A stretch of 64,000 nucleotides of DNA from Candidatus Woesearchaeota archaeon (GCA_017610005.1 JAFCCU010000002.1:18118-82117); one strand, 5' to 3'; shown: positions 47,768-58,044, numbered from the stretch's first letter. Program-made: numbers and translations. The notes: a model not told the origin generated them from the letters alone.

Positions 47768-49495
47768 GTGTGTGGAATTGTGGGGATAACATCCAAAAAA
47801 CCATTTTCAGTTAAAGATGATTTAATATTTGCATTAAAGAAGCTTGAATATAGAGGATATGACTCTTCTGGTATTGCTACAACTGAAGGAATTGTTCAAA
47901 AAGAAATTGGTGGGATTTCAAATTTAATTAAGAAATTACCTGATTCTTTAAAGTCAGTTACCGGCATTGGCCATACTAGGTGGGCAACACATGGTGGAAT
48001 TACTAAAGCTAATTCTCATCCTCATCAATCAAATAATATTTTCTTAGCCCATAATGGGATTATTGAGAACTTTGAAGAATTAAAAGAAAATTTAGAGAAA
48101 AAAGGCTATAAATTCTACTCTGAAACTGATTCAGAAGTAATTGTTAATTATTTAGAAGAAGAATTAAAGAAAAAAACACCACAGGAAGCAATTAGAACCT
48201 TTATGAGGGAAGCTAAGGGCACTTATGGAGTATTATTCTTCCTTAAGGGAGAAGATACTTTATGGGCATTTAAGAAGGATTCTCCGCTATGCTTGGGAGT
48301 ACATGATGGCGTGACTCTTGTTGGATCAGATATCTATGCTTTTTCCCATGTAACAAATAAGGTAGTTTTCTTAGAAGATTATGAATTTGCAAAAATCACT
48401 CCTGGAAGTTATACATTATATAACTTGGAAGGAGACTTGAAAAAAGACACAATCACAATTGAATGGGAGCGTGAGCCAGTTTTTAAAAAACACTTTGATC
48501 ATTATATGTTAAAAGAGATTTATGAGCAACCTGAAGCAGTTAACAGATTATTAAAATCACTAAGAACTACTCAAAAAACCCAGGTTAAAGAAATCGGAGA
48601 AATGATTAAAGGCGCATCAAGAGTTTTATTTCTTGCTTGTGGCACATCCTACCATGCTTCTTTGATTGGTTCTTATTTATTAACCAGGCGTGGTTATGAA
48701 GCACACGCAGTTATTGCTTCTGAATTTGAGGCATTTTCATTAATTGATGAAAAGACTGTAATTATTGTTGTTTCTCAATCGGGAGAGACAATGGATATTA
48801 TATCAGTTTTAAAAGATGTTGCAAAATTTAATCCAAAACTTGTCGCAATTGTCAATTATCCTTATTCAACAATTCATAGAATGGCAGATAACTATCTTGA
48901 GATGATGGCTGGGCAAGAAATCTGTGTTGCTGCAACAAAAACTTTTACTAATAGTTTAATCGCATTATATGAAATTGCAAAAGTGCTTGATAACCACATT
49001 ACCCTTGATAAAATTCCAGAGAAAATTGAGTATGTGTTAAAGAACAATGAAAAGAAAATACAAAAGCTTGCTAAAAAATTAAAAAATTGTAAAGACATAT
49101 TTGTACTTGGTCATCAAATAAGTTATCCAGTATCAAGAGAAATTGCATTAAAATTAAAAGAGATTAGCTATGTGCACGCAGAAGGGATGATGGCAGGGGA
49201 GTTAAAACATGGTACAATTGCTCTTATTGAAAAGGGAGTGCCAGTAATTGGATTATCTTATGATACTGTTGCTACCCGAATGAAATCTGCATTAAGAGAA
49301 GTAGAAGCACATGGAGCAGATGTCTATAATATTGGCAATGGAGATTCAGACTTTGATTTGCCTGAAACAAATGAAGAAGAGTTTTCAATTTTATCAACAA
49401 TTATTGGCCACTTATTAAGTTATTATATTGCAGTAGAAAGAGGTCTGCCCATTGATAAACCAAGAAACTTAGCAAAAAGTGTGACTGTAAAGTGA
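47768..49495 (+). CDS. glmS: Glutamine--fructose-6-phosphate aminotransferase (isomerising)
   Basis: The GTG at 47768 gives an N-terminal M-CGIVGI, the Ntn Cys after Met removal; the ORF-track GTG at 47759 would put three residues ahead of it. Class II GATase domain followed by two SIS domains. ~575 aa. Confidence 0.9.
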   Translation: MCGIVGITSKKPFSVKDDLIFALKKLEYRGYDSSGIATTEGIVQKEIGGISNLIKKLPDSLKSVTGIGHTRWATHGGITKANSHPHQSNNIFLAHNGIIENFEELKENLEKKGYKFYSETDSEVIVNYLEEELKKKTPQEAIRTFMREAKGTYGVLFFLKGEDTLWAFKKDSPLCLGVHDGVTLVGSDIYAFSHVTNKVVFLEDYEFAKITPGSYTLYNLEGDLKKDTITIEWEREPVFKKHFDHYMLKEIYEQPEAVNRLLKSLRTTQKTQVKEIGEMIKGASRVLFLACGTSYHASLIGSYLLTRRGYEAHAVIASEFEAFSLIDEKTVIIVVSQSGETMDIISVLKDVAKFNPKLVAIVNYPYSTIHRMADNYLEMMAGQEICVAATKTFTNSLIALYEIAKVLDNHITLDKIPEKIEYVLKNNEKKIQKLAKKLKNCKDIFVLGHQISYPVSREIALKLKEISYVHAEGMMAGELKHGTIALIEKGVPVIGLSYDTVATRMKSALREVEAHGADVYNIGNGDSDFDLPETNEEEFSILSTIIGHLLSYYIAVERGLPIDKPRNLAKSVTVK

Positions 49496-50808
49496 GATAC
49501 TTTGGGACAGATGGTATCAGGGGGGAAGCAAATAAGTTTCCATTAGTTCCAGAATTCTTAGTTAAATTAGGAAAAGCTACTGTAACCTATTTTGATAATG
49601 ATAGCAGGGCAATAATTCTTGCAGGAGACACTAGGCAAAGTACAACAATGATTGCATCAGCATTATCTTCTGGAATTGTTGCTAGTGGTTGTGATGTTTT
49701 AGAATTAGGTATTGCCCCAACCCCTGTTTTAGCATATTTTACAAGAATATTAAAAGCAAAATGTGGAATAATGGTGACTGCATCTCACAATCCCTGGCAA
49801 GATAATGGGGTAAAATTTTACAAGAATGATGGAACTAAACTTTCTGAACACCAAGAAGAAAATTTTGAAAAATTAATTGATTTGGATATAAATGAAGATT
49901 CTGAGCCAGGTGCAATCCATCCACTAATTGAGTGGCAGGAAGATTATATTGCCCATCTAAAAACCTTATTTGATTTAGACCTTGCAAGCGTGGAAATTAC
50001 CTTGGATTGTGCAAATGGCCCCACTTCTTTTTTAGCTCCAATGGTCTTTGAAGCGTTTAATGCTAAACCAAAAGTAATTCATAATGCCCCCGATGGAAAA
50101 AACATTAATGAAAATTGCGGTGCAACAAGTCTAAATAATTTAAAAAAAGAAAGGCAAGGAGTGGGAATTGCATTTGATGGTGATGGGGATAGAGTAATAA
50201 TGATTGATGAATTGGGAAACACAATTGATGGTGACCATATTATGGGGATTATCGCAGTTGATTTAAAAGAAGAAAATAAACTGCAAAAAGATTCAATCGT
50301 GATTACTAAATACTCTAACATGGGATTAAGAGTTGCTCTTTGGGAAAAGGGAGTAAAGGTTGACTATGCTGATAATGGAGATCAATATGTTTCTGCATTA
50401 ATGAAAAACCACGGCTATTCTCTTGGTGGAGAAAAAACAGGGCATATTATCTTAAGCGAGTATGAAACTACTGGAAATGGCATCATTGTTGCACTAAAAG
50501 TGCTTGAGATTATGAAAAAGAAAAATAAAAAATTACATGAATTAAATTTCTTAAAAGAGTATCCTCAAATTTTGATCAATGTAGAAGTAAAAGAAAAAAT
50601 TCCAATTGAGAATTTGCCAAATGTAATCCTAGCAATTGAGGGCGTTGAATCCAAGCTTGGGGATAATGGGCGGGTGTTTGTAAGATACTCAGGCACCCAA
50701 AATCTTGTAAGAATCATGATTGAAGGCCAGGATAAAGATTTAATAAGAAGCTATGCAGATAAGATTGCAGAGGAATTTAAACAACAAAATTCCACAGGGA
50801 ATGAGTAG
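49492..50808 (+). CDS. glmM: Phosphoglucosamine mutase / phosphohexomutase
   Basis: Active-site TASHNPWQDNG motif, Mg site GIAFDGDGDR, 438 aa. GTG start overlapping the glmS stop. Confidence 0.85.
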   Translation: MRYFGTDGIRGEANKFPLVPEFLVKLGKATVTYFDNDSRAIILAGDTRQSTTMIASALSSGIVASGCDVLELGIAPTPVLAYFTRILKAKCGIMVTASHNPWQDNGVKFYKNDGTKLSEHQEENFEKLIDLDINEDSEPGAIHPLIEWQEDYIAHLKTLFDLDLASVEITLDCANGPTSFLAPMVFEAFNAKPKVIHNAPDGKNINENCGATSLNNLKKERQGVGIAFDGDGDRVIMIDELGNTIDGDHIMGIIAVDLKEENKLQKDSIVITKYSNMGLRVALWEKGVKVDYADNGDQYVSALMKNHGYSLGGEKTGHIILSEYETTGNGIIVALKVLEIMKKKNKKLHELNFLKEYPQILINVEVKEKIPIENLPNVILAIEGVESKLGDNGRVFVRYSGTQNLVRIMIEGQDKDLIRSYADKIAEEFKQQNSTGNE

Positions 50809-50863
50809 TGCTCTGAATGTGTTCCGAGCAAACACTTTAAAAACAATTTTACCAGAGGTTGAC

Positions 50864-52051
50864 ATGCAAGGAATAATACTAGCCGCAGGCCATTCAACAA
50901 GATGCTTTCCATTAACAGTTAATATTCACAAGGCATTACTAAATGTTGCTAACAAACGAATTATGGATTATAACCTTGATTGTTTTTTAGGGCTCGTAGA
51001 TGAAGTGATCATTGTAATTGGCAACAATGGAGATAAAATTAAGAAAGTTTATGGAGATAATTATAAAGGATTAAAATTAACTTATTTTAGGCAAAGAGGT
51101 TTGAAGGGAACTGGGGATGCAATGATCCAAGTTTCTAAATTAATCAAAGACAGTTTTATCTTAATGCATGGTGATGATATTTACAATAAAGAAGATATTA
51201 AACAATTAGCTAAGTTTGAAAATGCTATATTGGTTTCAGAATCAGAGAATCCAGAATTGTTTGGAGTGATCCAACATAAAGCGGGAAAAGTTACTGGCAT
51301 TATTGAGAAGCCAAAAAACCCAAAGAGTAAGCTTGTTAATGATGCATGCTATATACTTGAAAATGCTATTTTTGAAGAACTCAAAAACTTATCTCCAAGC
51401 GAAAGAGGAGAACTTGAGTTTACTGATGCAATAACTGCGTATGCTAAACAGTACGAGGTAAACTTTTCTGTTGCCAAGAACTGGATTCCAATTGGATACT
51501 CTTGGGATTTACTTGTTGCAAATGAGAAAATACTAAGAACTATGAAGAAAAAAATCCAGGGAAAAGTTGAAAGAGGAGCTACAGTAAAAGGAAAATTAAT
51601 TTTGGGCAAGGGTTCAATAATCAAATCAGGCGCATATCTAGAAGGAGATATTTGTATTGGAGAAAATACTGTGATCGGCCCTAATTGTTATATTCGTGGC
51701 CCAACTTCAATTGGATCAGATTGTAAGGTTGGAAACGCAGTTGAAATTAAAAATGCAATTTTGATGGACGGAGCAAAGATTGGTCATTTAGGCTATTTTG
51801 GAGATTCAATAATGGGTGAAAAGAGTAATTTTGGTGCCGGAACAAAAGTTGCAAATCTAAGACATGATGGCAAAAACGTTTTCTCAGCAATCAAGGAAGA
51901 GCTTGTAGACACCGGCAGAAGAAAGCTTGGAGCAATTATCGCAGAACATGTTCACACAGGTATTAACACAAGTATTTACCCAGGCAGAAAACTCTGGCCA
52001 AATACTATGACTCTTCCCGGGGAAGTTGTGCAGAAGGATATTACAGAGTAA
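50864..52051 (+). CDS. glmU: Bifunctional sugar-1-phosphate nucleotidylyltransferase / acetyltransferase (GlmU-like; N-terminal NTP-transferase plus C-terminal left-handed beta-helix)
   Basis: ATG at 50864 (MQGIILAAGHSTRCFPLT); the ORF-track start at 50753 overlaps glmM. Hexapeptide repeats GDICIGENTVIGPNCYIRGPTSIGSDCKVGNAVEIKNA. Sits in a glmS-glmM context. Confidence 0.7.
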   Translation: MQGIILAAGHSTRCFPLTVNIHKALLNVANKRIMDYNLDCFLGLVDEVIIVIGNNGDKIKKVYGDNYKGLKLTYFRQRGLKGTGDAMIQVSKLIKDSFILMHGDDIYNKEDIKQLAKFENAILVSESENPELFGVIQHKAGKVTGIIEKPKNPKSKLVNDACYILENAIFEELKNLSPSERGELEFTDAITAYAKQYEVNFSVAKNWIPIGYSWDLLVANEKILRTMKKKIQGKVERGATVKGKLILGKGSIIKSGAYLEGDICIGENTVIGPNCYIRGPTSIGSDCKVGNAVEIKNAILMDGAKIGHLGYFGDSIMGEKSNFGAGTKVANLRHDGKNVFSAIKEELVDTGRRKLGAIIAEHVHTGINTSIYPGRKLWPNTMTLPGEVVQKDITE

Positions 52052-52089
52052 TCGATATATTTATTAGTATAAGATTTTCTAAAGTATAT

Positions 52090-53844
52090 ATGCTAAAGGA
52101 GTTTAAAGAAATTCTTCAAGGATTTGGAAAAGTTACTAAACTATTACACAGAAAAGAAAAAATTACTTTAGGCTTTGCAACATTTATCATGCTCATCACA
52201 GGATTTTTAGTCAACTTACCTGCTGTAATCTTAGGAAAGTTTGTTGATAGAATGATTGGGATGGAAAACGCCACTTTTGCTATTGCAGTCCCATTTTTAG
52301 TCTTAATTATTATTATAATCATTTCTAAAGAACTTCTTAATGTGCTGAGAAAATACTTAGTAGAAAATATAGCAACTCAAACAGAAAAGAAGCAAACTGT
52401 TGCAGTAATTGATAGATTACTTAGGACAGATATTACTTCATTTATTAACAAATTCCAAATTGGCGCGTTGCACGGCAAAATGTTTAGATCAATCCAAGGC
52501 TTAATCAAGCTTTTAAAGCTTGGTTTTTTAGATTTCTATCCAGCACTTTTTGCAGGAATTGCAGCACTAGTTATTGCTTTTGTTCAAAAACCTGCATTGG
52601 CTTCTTTCATGATTCTTGTAATCCCCACAGGGCTATATATTGTGGTAAGGCAAGTTGCATCTCAGAAAGGTATTAGGGTTTCTTTACTTCGTGGAAAAGA
52701 AAAGATAGATGGAAAGGTTGTTGAAATGATGGGTGGTCTTGAAACAATAAGGGTTGCAAATACAACAGATATTGAAGTTAGCAAAGTTGAAGCAATAACT
52801 GAAGATTTAAGAAAGATTGAAATTAAACATCACATCTGGATGGCTTTTTATGATGCCTTAAAATATCTAAATGAAGCATTTTTCTATGTGCTTGTTGTTT
52901 CTGTTTCAATATATTTTGCAGTTAATGGAATGATCACAAAAGGAGATATTTTAACTTACTCAATATTGTTTATGAGCGTCATCGGCCCCTTAAGACAAAT
53001 TCATAGGATATTAGATGAAGCGCATGAAAGCTCAATTAAGGTGCAAGATTTGCATGATTTAATGACTCAACCCTTAGATGAATCTTTTTCAAAATCATTG
53101 AGAATCAAAGGTAAAAAATCCAAATTTGTATTAGAAGCAAAAAACATTGCTTTCAAATACGGAAAAGAAAAAGTACTTGAGAATGTTAACGTAAAGATAT
53201 TGTATGGAGAAAAAATTGGGGTTGCAGGGGCTTCAGGGTGCGGCAAATCCACTTTTGTTAAGCTTCTTTTGCGATTAATTCATAATTACACTGGAGAACT
53301 ATTATTCTTGGGAAAAGACATTAAACAATTATCAAGAAAAGAAATAGCAGAAAAAATCGCATATGTGCCTCAAAAAACTTACATTTTCTCTGGCACAATT
53401 GAAGAAAATATTGTTTACGGCTGTGGCAAAGTAACTAAGAATGATTTAATTAAAGCGGCAAAGAAAGCCAATATTTACAATGAAATTGTTAAAAAGCTAG
53501 GAGGCTTTGAAGGATACGTAGCAGAAAATGGCAACAACTTAAGTGGAGGCCAGAGACAAAGATTGGCAATTGCAAGACTAATCTTAAAATCCCCAGAAGT
53601 ATTAATCTTTGATGAGGCGACATCTGCTCTTGATAACACAAATGAAACAATCATCCAAAAAAACATCGAGCAAATCTTTAAAGATAAAACTATGATAACA
53701 ATCGCACACAGATTAACGACTTTAAAAAATTCTGATAAGATCTTAGTATTCGATAAAGGCACAATTATTCAAGAAGGTAAGTTTGAAGCGCTTTCTAGCG
53801 TAGAAGGGAAGTTTAAAGAGTTTTTGCATCAGAAGAAGGAATAA
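52090..53844 (+). CDS. ABC exporter, fused permease plus ATPase (MsbA/lipid-multidrug exporter type)
   Basis: Six predicted N-terminal TM helices. Walker A GASGCGKST, signature LSGGQRQRLAIAR, Walker B LIFDEATSALD. Confidence 0.85.
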   Translation: MLKEFKEILQGFGKVTKLLHRKEKITLGFATFIMLITGFLVNLPAVILGKFVDRMIGMENATFAIAVPFLVLIIIIIISKELLNVLRKYLVENIATQTEKKQTVAVIDRLLRTDITSFINKFQIGALHGKMFRSIQGLIKLLKLGFLDFYPALFAGIAALVIAFVQKPALASFMILVIPTGLYIVVRQVASQKGIRVSLLRGKEKIDGKVVEMMGGLETIRVANTTDIEVSKVEAITEDLRKIEIKHHIWMAFYDALKYLNEAFFYVLVVSVSIYFAVNGMITKGDILTYSILFMSVIGPLRQIHRILDEAHESSIKVQDLHDLMTQPLDESFSKSLRIKGKKSKFVLEAKNIAFKYGKEKVLENVNVKILYGEKIGVAGASGCGKSTFVKLLLRLIHNYTGELLFLGKDIKQLSRKEIAEKIAYVPQKTYIFSGTIEENIVYGCGKVTKNDLIKAAKKANIYNEIVKKLGGFEGYVAENGNNLSGGQRQRLAIARLILKSPEVLIFDEATSALDNTNETIIQKNIEQIFKDKTMITIAHRLTTLKNSDKILVFDKGTIIQEGKFEALSSVEGKFKEFLHQKKE

Positions 53845-54130
53845 TTCTTAAACCTTCCTTTTCAGGGATAATTGAAACACTTTCAGATTCTTTTAACTTA
53901 TACTTCTTAACAAGCTCCCTTGGAATCCTTATGCCCAGGCTCATCCCCCATTTAGAAAGTTTAGCATTATATTTTTTTAAAGTTCTGTATTTATCGGCAA
54001 TTGCGTGGAGCTGGGACATATCAACAATCTCTTCCCCACAAGAACATTTGAAATATTTATATTCCATTCCTTCAGGCGTCTTGCCAGTAAGTTCCTTCAT
54101 CCCTTTCCCGCAAACTGAACACTTTTTCAT
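53813..54130 (-). CDS. Zn-ribbon plus AbrB/SpoVT-like swapped-hairpin DNA-binding protein
   Basis: N-terminal CSVCG...CSCG. C-terminal LSKWGMSLGIRIPRELVKKYKLKESESVSIIPEKEGLRI resembles the AbrB/MazE fold. Convergent 32-nt overlap with the ABC exporter. Confidence 0.55.
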   Translation of the reverse strand: MKKCSVCGKGMKELTGKTPEGMEYKYFKCSCGEEIVDMSQLHAIADKYRTLKKYNAKLSKWGMSLGIRIPRELVKKYKLKESESVSIIPEKEGLRIIPSSDAKTL

Positions 54131-54198
54131 TTTTTCATCACAGTTATTATCTTAATTTTATTATTTGTCCTCACACCAATGCAAATGACCTTTATTCG

Positions 54199-54485
54199 TT
54201 TAAACAACAGAATTCCACCCATCTCATGGAAATGCAAAGCATTTCTAGGACAACAGAAATCGAGATTTCTATTTGTAATGATAGGTGGTAAATGTGGAAT
54301 CTGTTTGCTCAAATGCTTAAAAATCAAAGATTTTTAGCACTCTGAGAAGCAAAGCTTTTCAGTTGAACCACCAAACAGCGAGCAAGCTTTTCAACATGCC
54401 ACCAGTGTCTTTGAAATTGTAACAATTTCTAAGGCACAAAAAACACAAAGTGTTTTTTCGTGTATTCACTGGTGGTTTTTGACAG
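54199..54485 (+). repeat. MITE-like intergenic repeat, copy C (longest copy)
   Basis: Termini tttaaacaacagaattccaccc ... cactggtggtttttgaca. Shares the ccaccaaacagcgagcaagcttttcaacatgccacca core with copy B. ORF-track ORFs 54127..54327 and the N-terminal part of 54460.. lie inside it and are probably not coding. Confidence 0.75.
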
Positions 54486-54633
54486 TTTATATCGCTTTCC
54501 AAAATCAGATATTTTTATTGTACTTTCTTTTCTGATTTTCTCAAGCTTTTTTAAGTATTCTTCTTTAGCTTTTTTCTCCATAAAGATTTTTAAAATCCTA
54601 ACTTATTTAAATATTACTAACTTCCCAAAACCC

Positions 54634-54987
54634 ATGACTGATATCGTAATAACTTTAGGCTCAGGTAAGGGCACATGGACTTACTTAGTTGAATTAATCA
54701 AAAGAGAGAACTGGACAAATGTTATAGTTGTGACAAATGCTTTTGGTGCAGAAAATTTTACTGTTGAAGGCAAACAACTTACCTTTGTTATAATTGATGA
54801 CAGAAAGAAGATGAGGCTTCTCGTTGAAGATATCTTGCCTCAATTAAAACTAAGTGGCACAACAGTTGCCTTAAATATGGTCTCAGGAGAGGGTAAGCTG
54901 CATATGGCAGTATTGGCATCAATTCTTAAAACAGGACTTGGAGTGAGGCTTGTTGGAATAAAGGACTATAAGGTAACAGAATTATAA
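54634..54987 (+). CDS. Hypothetical protein (117 aa from the ATG at 54634)
   Basis: The ORF-track GTG start at 54460 is inside the MITE-like repeat. The in-frame ATG (MTDIVITLGSGKGTW...) gives a compact soluble protein. No motif recognised. Confidence 0.45.
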   Translation: MTDIVITLGSGKGTWTYLVELIKRENWTNVIVVTNAFGAENFTVEGKQLTFVIIDDRKKMRLLVEDILPQLKLSGTTVALNMVSGEGKLHMAVLASILKTGLGVRLVGIKDYKVTEL

Positions 54988-55176
54988 CACTTGCTCATCA
55001 ATAAATTTCTGTAATTTTTTAGCTTCTTGCTCAACTTTTAGAAGTAGTTTTGTATCATTAAAAAGCTCTTTAGCACATTTTTTACAATAGTAATTATTTG
55101 TACCTTTAATTTGATACTCTGCAGGTCCGTCACAAATATTACACTTAGGCATTTTGATAAACTCTAAATCCTCCAC
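54982..55176 (-). CDS. Small Zn-ribbon protein (CxxC ... CxxC)
   Basis: MPKCNICDGPAEYQIKGTNNYYCKKCAKE. The start is either the GTG at 55176 or the ATG at 55152. Overlaps the stop of the upstream methyltransferase gene. Confidence 0.45.
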   Translation of the reverse strand: MEDLEFIKMPKCNICDGPAEYQIKGTNNYYCKKCAKELFNDTKLLLKVEQEAKKLQKFIDEQVL

Positions 55177-55729
55177 TTCTTTCTAAGGTAATTGAGCTAC
55201 CAAATATATTCTCCATAAAGCTATTTAAACTTTTCCCACCCTTGTTATGCCTAGCAACAAAGTTTAGTTTACCGTCGGGAGTTAAAAAATTCTTACTTTC
55301 TTCAATCAATTTTTCACATAGCTTTTTCCCAGCAGTTTGTGGGGGGTTAAGTAAGATTAAATCAAACTTTCCTTCAATTTTACTAAATCCATCACTTTTA
55401 AAAGCAATTGCATTAGATATCTTATTTAATCTTATATTCCTTTTTGTAGTTGTAATTGCTCTTTCATTAATATCACACATTACAACCACGCATTTAGCTG
55501 ATTTGGCAATTGAAATTCCAATAATCCCATTACCACACCCTAAATCAAGGACTCTTTGCCCATCTGTAACAACCGCGGTTTTAGCTAGTAAATAAGAACC
55601 CTTATCAACTTTCTTAGCTGAAAACACTCCGGAGGCTAGATAAAATACCAAATCATTGCCCCTCATCTTAATTTCTAACTTTGTTAGTCTTAATTGAGAG
55701 TCTTGTTTTTCAGAGTAATAATGTTCCAT
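55145..55729 (-). CDS. Class I SAM-dependent methyltransferase, MTS family (RsmC/RsmD-like, NPPQ motif)
   Basis: Motif I VLDLGCGNGIIGI, acidic-loop MCDIN, motif IV LILLNPPQ, 194 aa. Confidence 0.8.
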   Translation of the reverse strand: MEHYYSEKQDSQLRLTKLEIKMRGNDLVFYLASGVFSAKKVDKGSYLLAKTAVVTDGQRVLDLGCGNGIIGISIAKSAKCVVVMCDINERAITTTKRNIRLNKISNAIAFKSDGFSKIEGKFDLILLNPPQTAGKKLCEKLIEESKNFLTPDGKLNFVARHNKGGKSLNSFMENIFGSSITLERSGGFRVYQNA

Positions 55730-55731
55730 TT

Positions 55732-56328
55732 TTACATAATCCCATATAGCATAAACAAAAATCTGTCAACTGCTCTTACAAGTTCAAAACCGCTGCCTTG
55801 GAAAATAATGCAGTTATCTACTGCTGTGATGCTTGTGACATTTGATTTTTGAAGAAGGAATACTGATTCATTGGTATTGGTGCAGGTTATAATTTCTTTA
55901 GGGGGGCAAACTCCTTCAAATTCTTCTGTGCATGCTGAAGTAGGGATAATTTTGAAAATTTTAGCTAAAGAGATTGATAATTCGCTAGCAGCTAATGCAA
56001 CATATTGCAAATCTGTATCTTCTGGGTTAAAAGTGATATACAGGGGGTCAAGAGAAAATTCGTATATTTCACCATTAATTGTAACATTTTCAGTCTGCTC
56101 TGGATTATACCTAAAAGGAATTGTATACTCTGTGTTGCCAGAAATCCACTTGGTCCACCACATATCTGCAATTCTTTCAAATTCAAAATGATTATATGTT
56201 AGAAAATTGTCTTCTTCATATTGCTTTTGCTCTCGAATATTATTATATCTTGTTATTCCGATAATAACAAGTACAATTAAAACTAAAATCAAAAAAGCTT
56301 TTGTTCCAGAACTAAATTTAATTTTCAT
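55732..56328 (-). CDS. Membrane-anchored hypothetical protein (tandem paralog of 56325..56912)
   Basis: ATG at 56328 overlaps the upstream gene's stop (ATGA). N-terminal TM AFLILVLIVLVIIGI. C-terminal region alignable by eye with the neighbour (ITC.N...NC..I...A.D...L.GI). Confidence 0.55.
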   Translation of the reverse strand: MKIKFSSGTKAFLILVLIVLVIIGITRYNNIREQKQYEEDNFLTYNHFEFERIADMWWTKWISGNTEYTIPFRYNPEQTENVTINGEIYEFSLDPLYITFNPEDTDLQYVALAASELSISLAKIFKIIPTSACTEEFEGVCPPKEIITCTNTNESVFLLQKSNVTSITAVDNCIIFQGSGFELVRAVDRFLFMLYGIM

Positions 56329-56912
56329 AGTATTCCTAAGAGCTTGTACACAATCCAATCCTTAACTGCAAAAAATTCATAACGCGTTTTTGCAGTAATT
56401 TTTAGACAGTTTCCAAATGGTTTTATCGCTGTTTCATCCCTTTGTTCAAGGTAGATTACTGGATTTTCGGGAGTTGAATTGAGGCAGGTTATAACTGGTC
56501 TTTTGGAGACGCCTTCTAATGTATAGGAAGGAATTGGCCTGATACCTAATTTGATTAGGTTAGTGCCAAGTAAGTACTCTGTTTCAGCAATGTCTTGTGC
56601 AATATCAGATAATGGATCAGAGGTTGTATAAACAACTTTTTTACCTTGAATTACTTCAATTCCACTAAATGAATTATTTGTAAATGAACTAGGCAGGAAA
56701 TGAAATTCAAATGGCACATTTTGAATCTTTAATTCATAAGTTCCCCTATCAGTTATTTTAAAGGAATAGTCGCCAAATTTTATTTTGCCACTTCCTTCAG
56801 AACCAATGATTCCTAAGATTGAAGAGACCATAATAAAGATAATAACTCCTCCTATGATGTACTTGGCTTTCTTATTCTCGTGATGTACCTGCTTGTCCTT
56901 AATCTGTTTCAT
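56325..56912 (-). CDS. Membrane-anchored hypothetical protein (tandem paralog)
   Basis: N-terminal TM YIIGGVIIFIMVSSILGIIG. Shares a C-terminal pattern with 55732..56328. Confidence 0.55.
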   Translation of the reverse strand: MKQIKDKQVHHENKKAKYIIGGVIIFIMVSSILGIIGSEGSGKIKFGDYSFKITDRGTYELKIQNVPFEFHFLPSSFTNNSFSGIEVIQGKKVVYTTSDPLSDIAQDIAETEYLLGTNLIKLGIRPIPSYTLEGVSKRPVITCLNSTPENPVIYLEQRDETAIKPFGNCLKITAKTRYEFFAVKDWIVYKLLGIL

Positions 56913-57036
56913 TTTTAAATAAGTAAAAAACGCCTATTTAAATTCTTTTTGATAGATTTTGGTGGATAAATAAGATACCACTTAATAGTACTAAAATACA
57001 AAAACATTTATAAATGATTAATACATGATATTGTAA

Positions 57037-58044
57037 ATGCTCCCAAGAGATGTTAAAGATTGGTTGATTTTGTGTAGTGCGAATGGTATGCGAAGTCCAG
57101 TGTTTCATAGATTTTTAGAATATGAGTTACTTGAAAGAGGTATTGATGCTAATGTAGTTAGTAGAATGGCTGCAAAAGGTGAGAGAGTAGGGGAAGGACT
57201 TTCTTTGATTGCAGAGGAGACAATTTTGAAATTTTTTAATGACCAAGAATTTGTAGAATCTCATAGATCCCTTGATGCTTCTGCTCGCGATCTTAGTAAT
57301 GCATCTATAATTCTTGGAATGTCTAATGACCATGCTACAAGAATGAGAAGATTAGTTGAATCATATGATGAGAATAATTGTTGCAAGGCATATTCAATTT
57401 GGGAACTTTTACAAAGGGAAGACACCCTTGCAGGATGGATTTCCTCTTTTAGGGAAGCAACAAGAAGGGGGGCGAGAGAGAATATTGTGACTTCCTATGG
57501 GAGAGAGATGAGTTCCCTTGTTAAGTCACTTTTAAATTTAGAGAATTTGCCCCTAAAGACATTAGACACAGTTTTTGGAGAAGAGATAACGAAACGTTTT
57601 GAGAATTTTAACTTGACTTTTTTAGGGACAGATGAAAGGAGAATTGAGTTGGGATCTGATTCCCTATTTGCATATAAGGCTTTGGTTGGTTTAGTTGATC
57701 AGGCAAGGTATCTCATGAGGCAAGGAGAAATAGAAACTCCGTTAATTGAATTTAATAAGGCACTTAATCTGGAAATTAAGCAATATTTTCCAGAAGGGAC
57801 CAAATTTGTTGGAGGATGCAATGAAAAAGATCCCTTACTGGCTGGAGAACATAGAAGATTTGCCGGTACAACCTTGTACACTCATCTAAGAGGCATGGCT
57901 CAACTTGCAAGAAAAAAGATGATTAATTCTCCAAGAAAAATTGCTGTTGCATATTCAAATTTGGGTTATTTGGTGGAAGAGGTTGGAAGTAAGGTATTGG
58001 GTCTTGAGGCAATTAAACATTTATACCAAGATCTTTCTAACTAA
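57037..58044 (+). CDS. Hypothetical protein (335 aa), Arg/Glu-rich, no recognised domain
   Basis: Long clean ATG ORF. Its coding strand looks visibly more G-rich than its neighbours. Confidence 0.5.
   Translation: MLPRDVKDWLILCSANGMRSPVFHRFLEYELLERGIDANVVSRMAAKGERVGEGLSLIAEETILKFFNDQEFVESHRSLDASARDLSNASIILGMSNDHATRMRRLVESYDENNCCKAYSIWELLQREDTLAGWISSFREATRRGARENIVTSYGREMSSLVKSLLNLENLPLKTLDTVFGEEITKRFENFNLTFLGTDERRIELGSDSLFAYKALVGLVDQARYLMRQGEIETPLIEFNKALNLEIKQYFPEGTKFVGGCNEKDPLLAGEHRRFAGTTLYTHLRGMAQLARKKMINSPRKIAVAYSNLGYLVEEVGSKVLGLEAIKHLYQDLSN

Noticed and set aside
54127-54327. 66-aa minus-strand ORF
   Set aside because: It lies entirely within MITE-like repeat copy C and has no supporting features, so it is probably not coding.
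57037-58044. Possible horizontally acquired gene based on G-rich codon usage
   Set aside because: The compositional difference was judged only by eye and is modest. There are no flanking mobility signatures, so it is noted only in the feature evidence.
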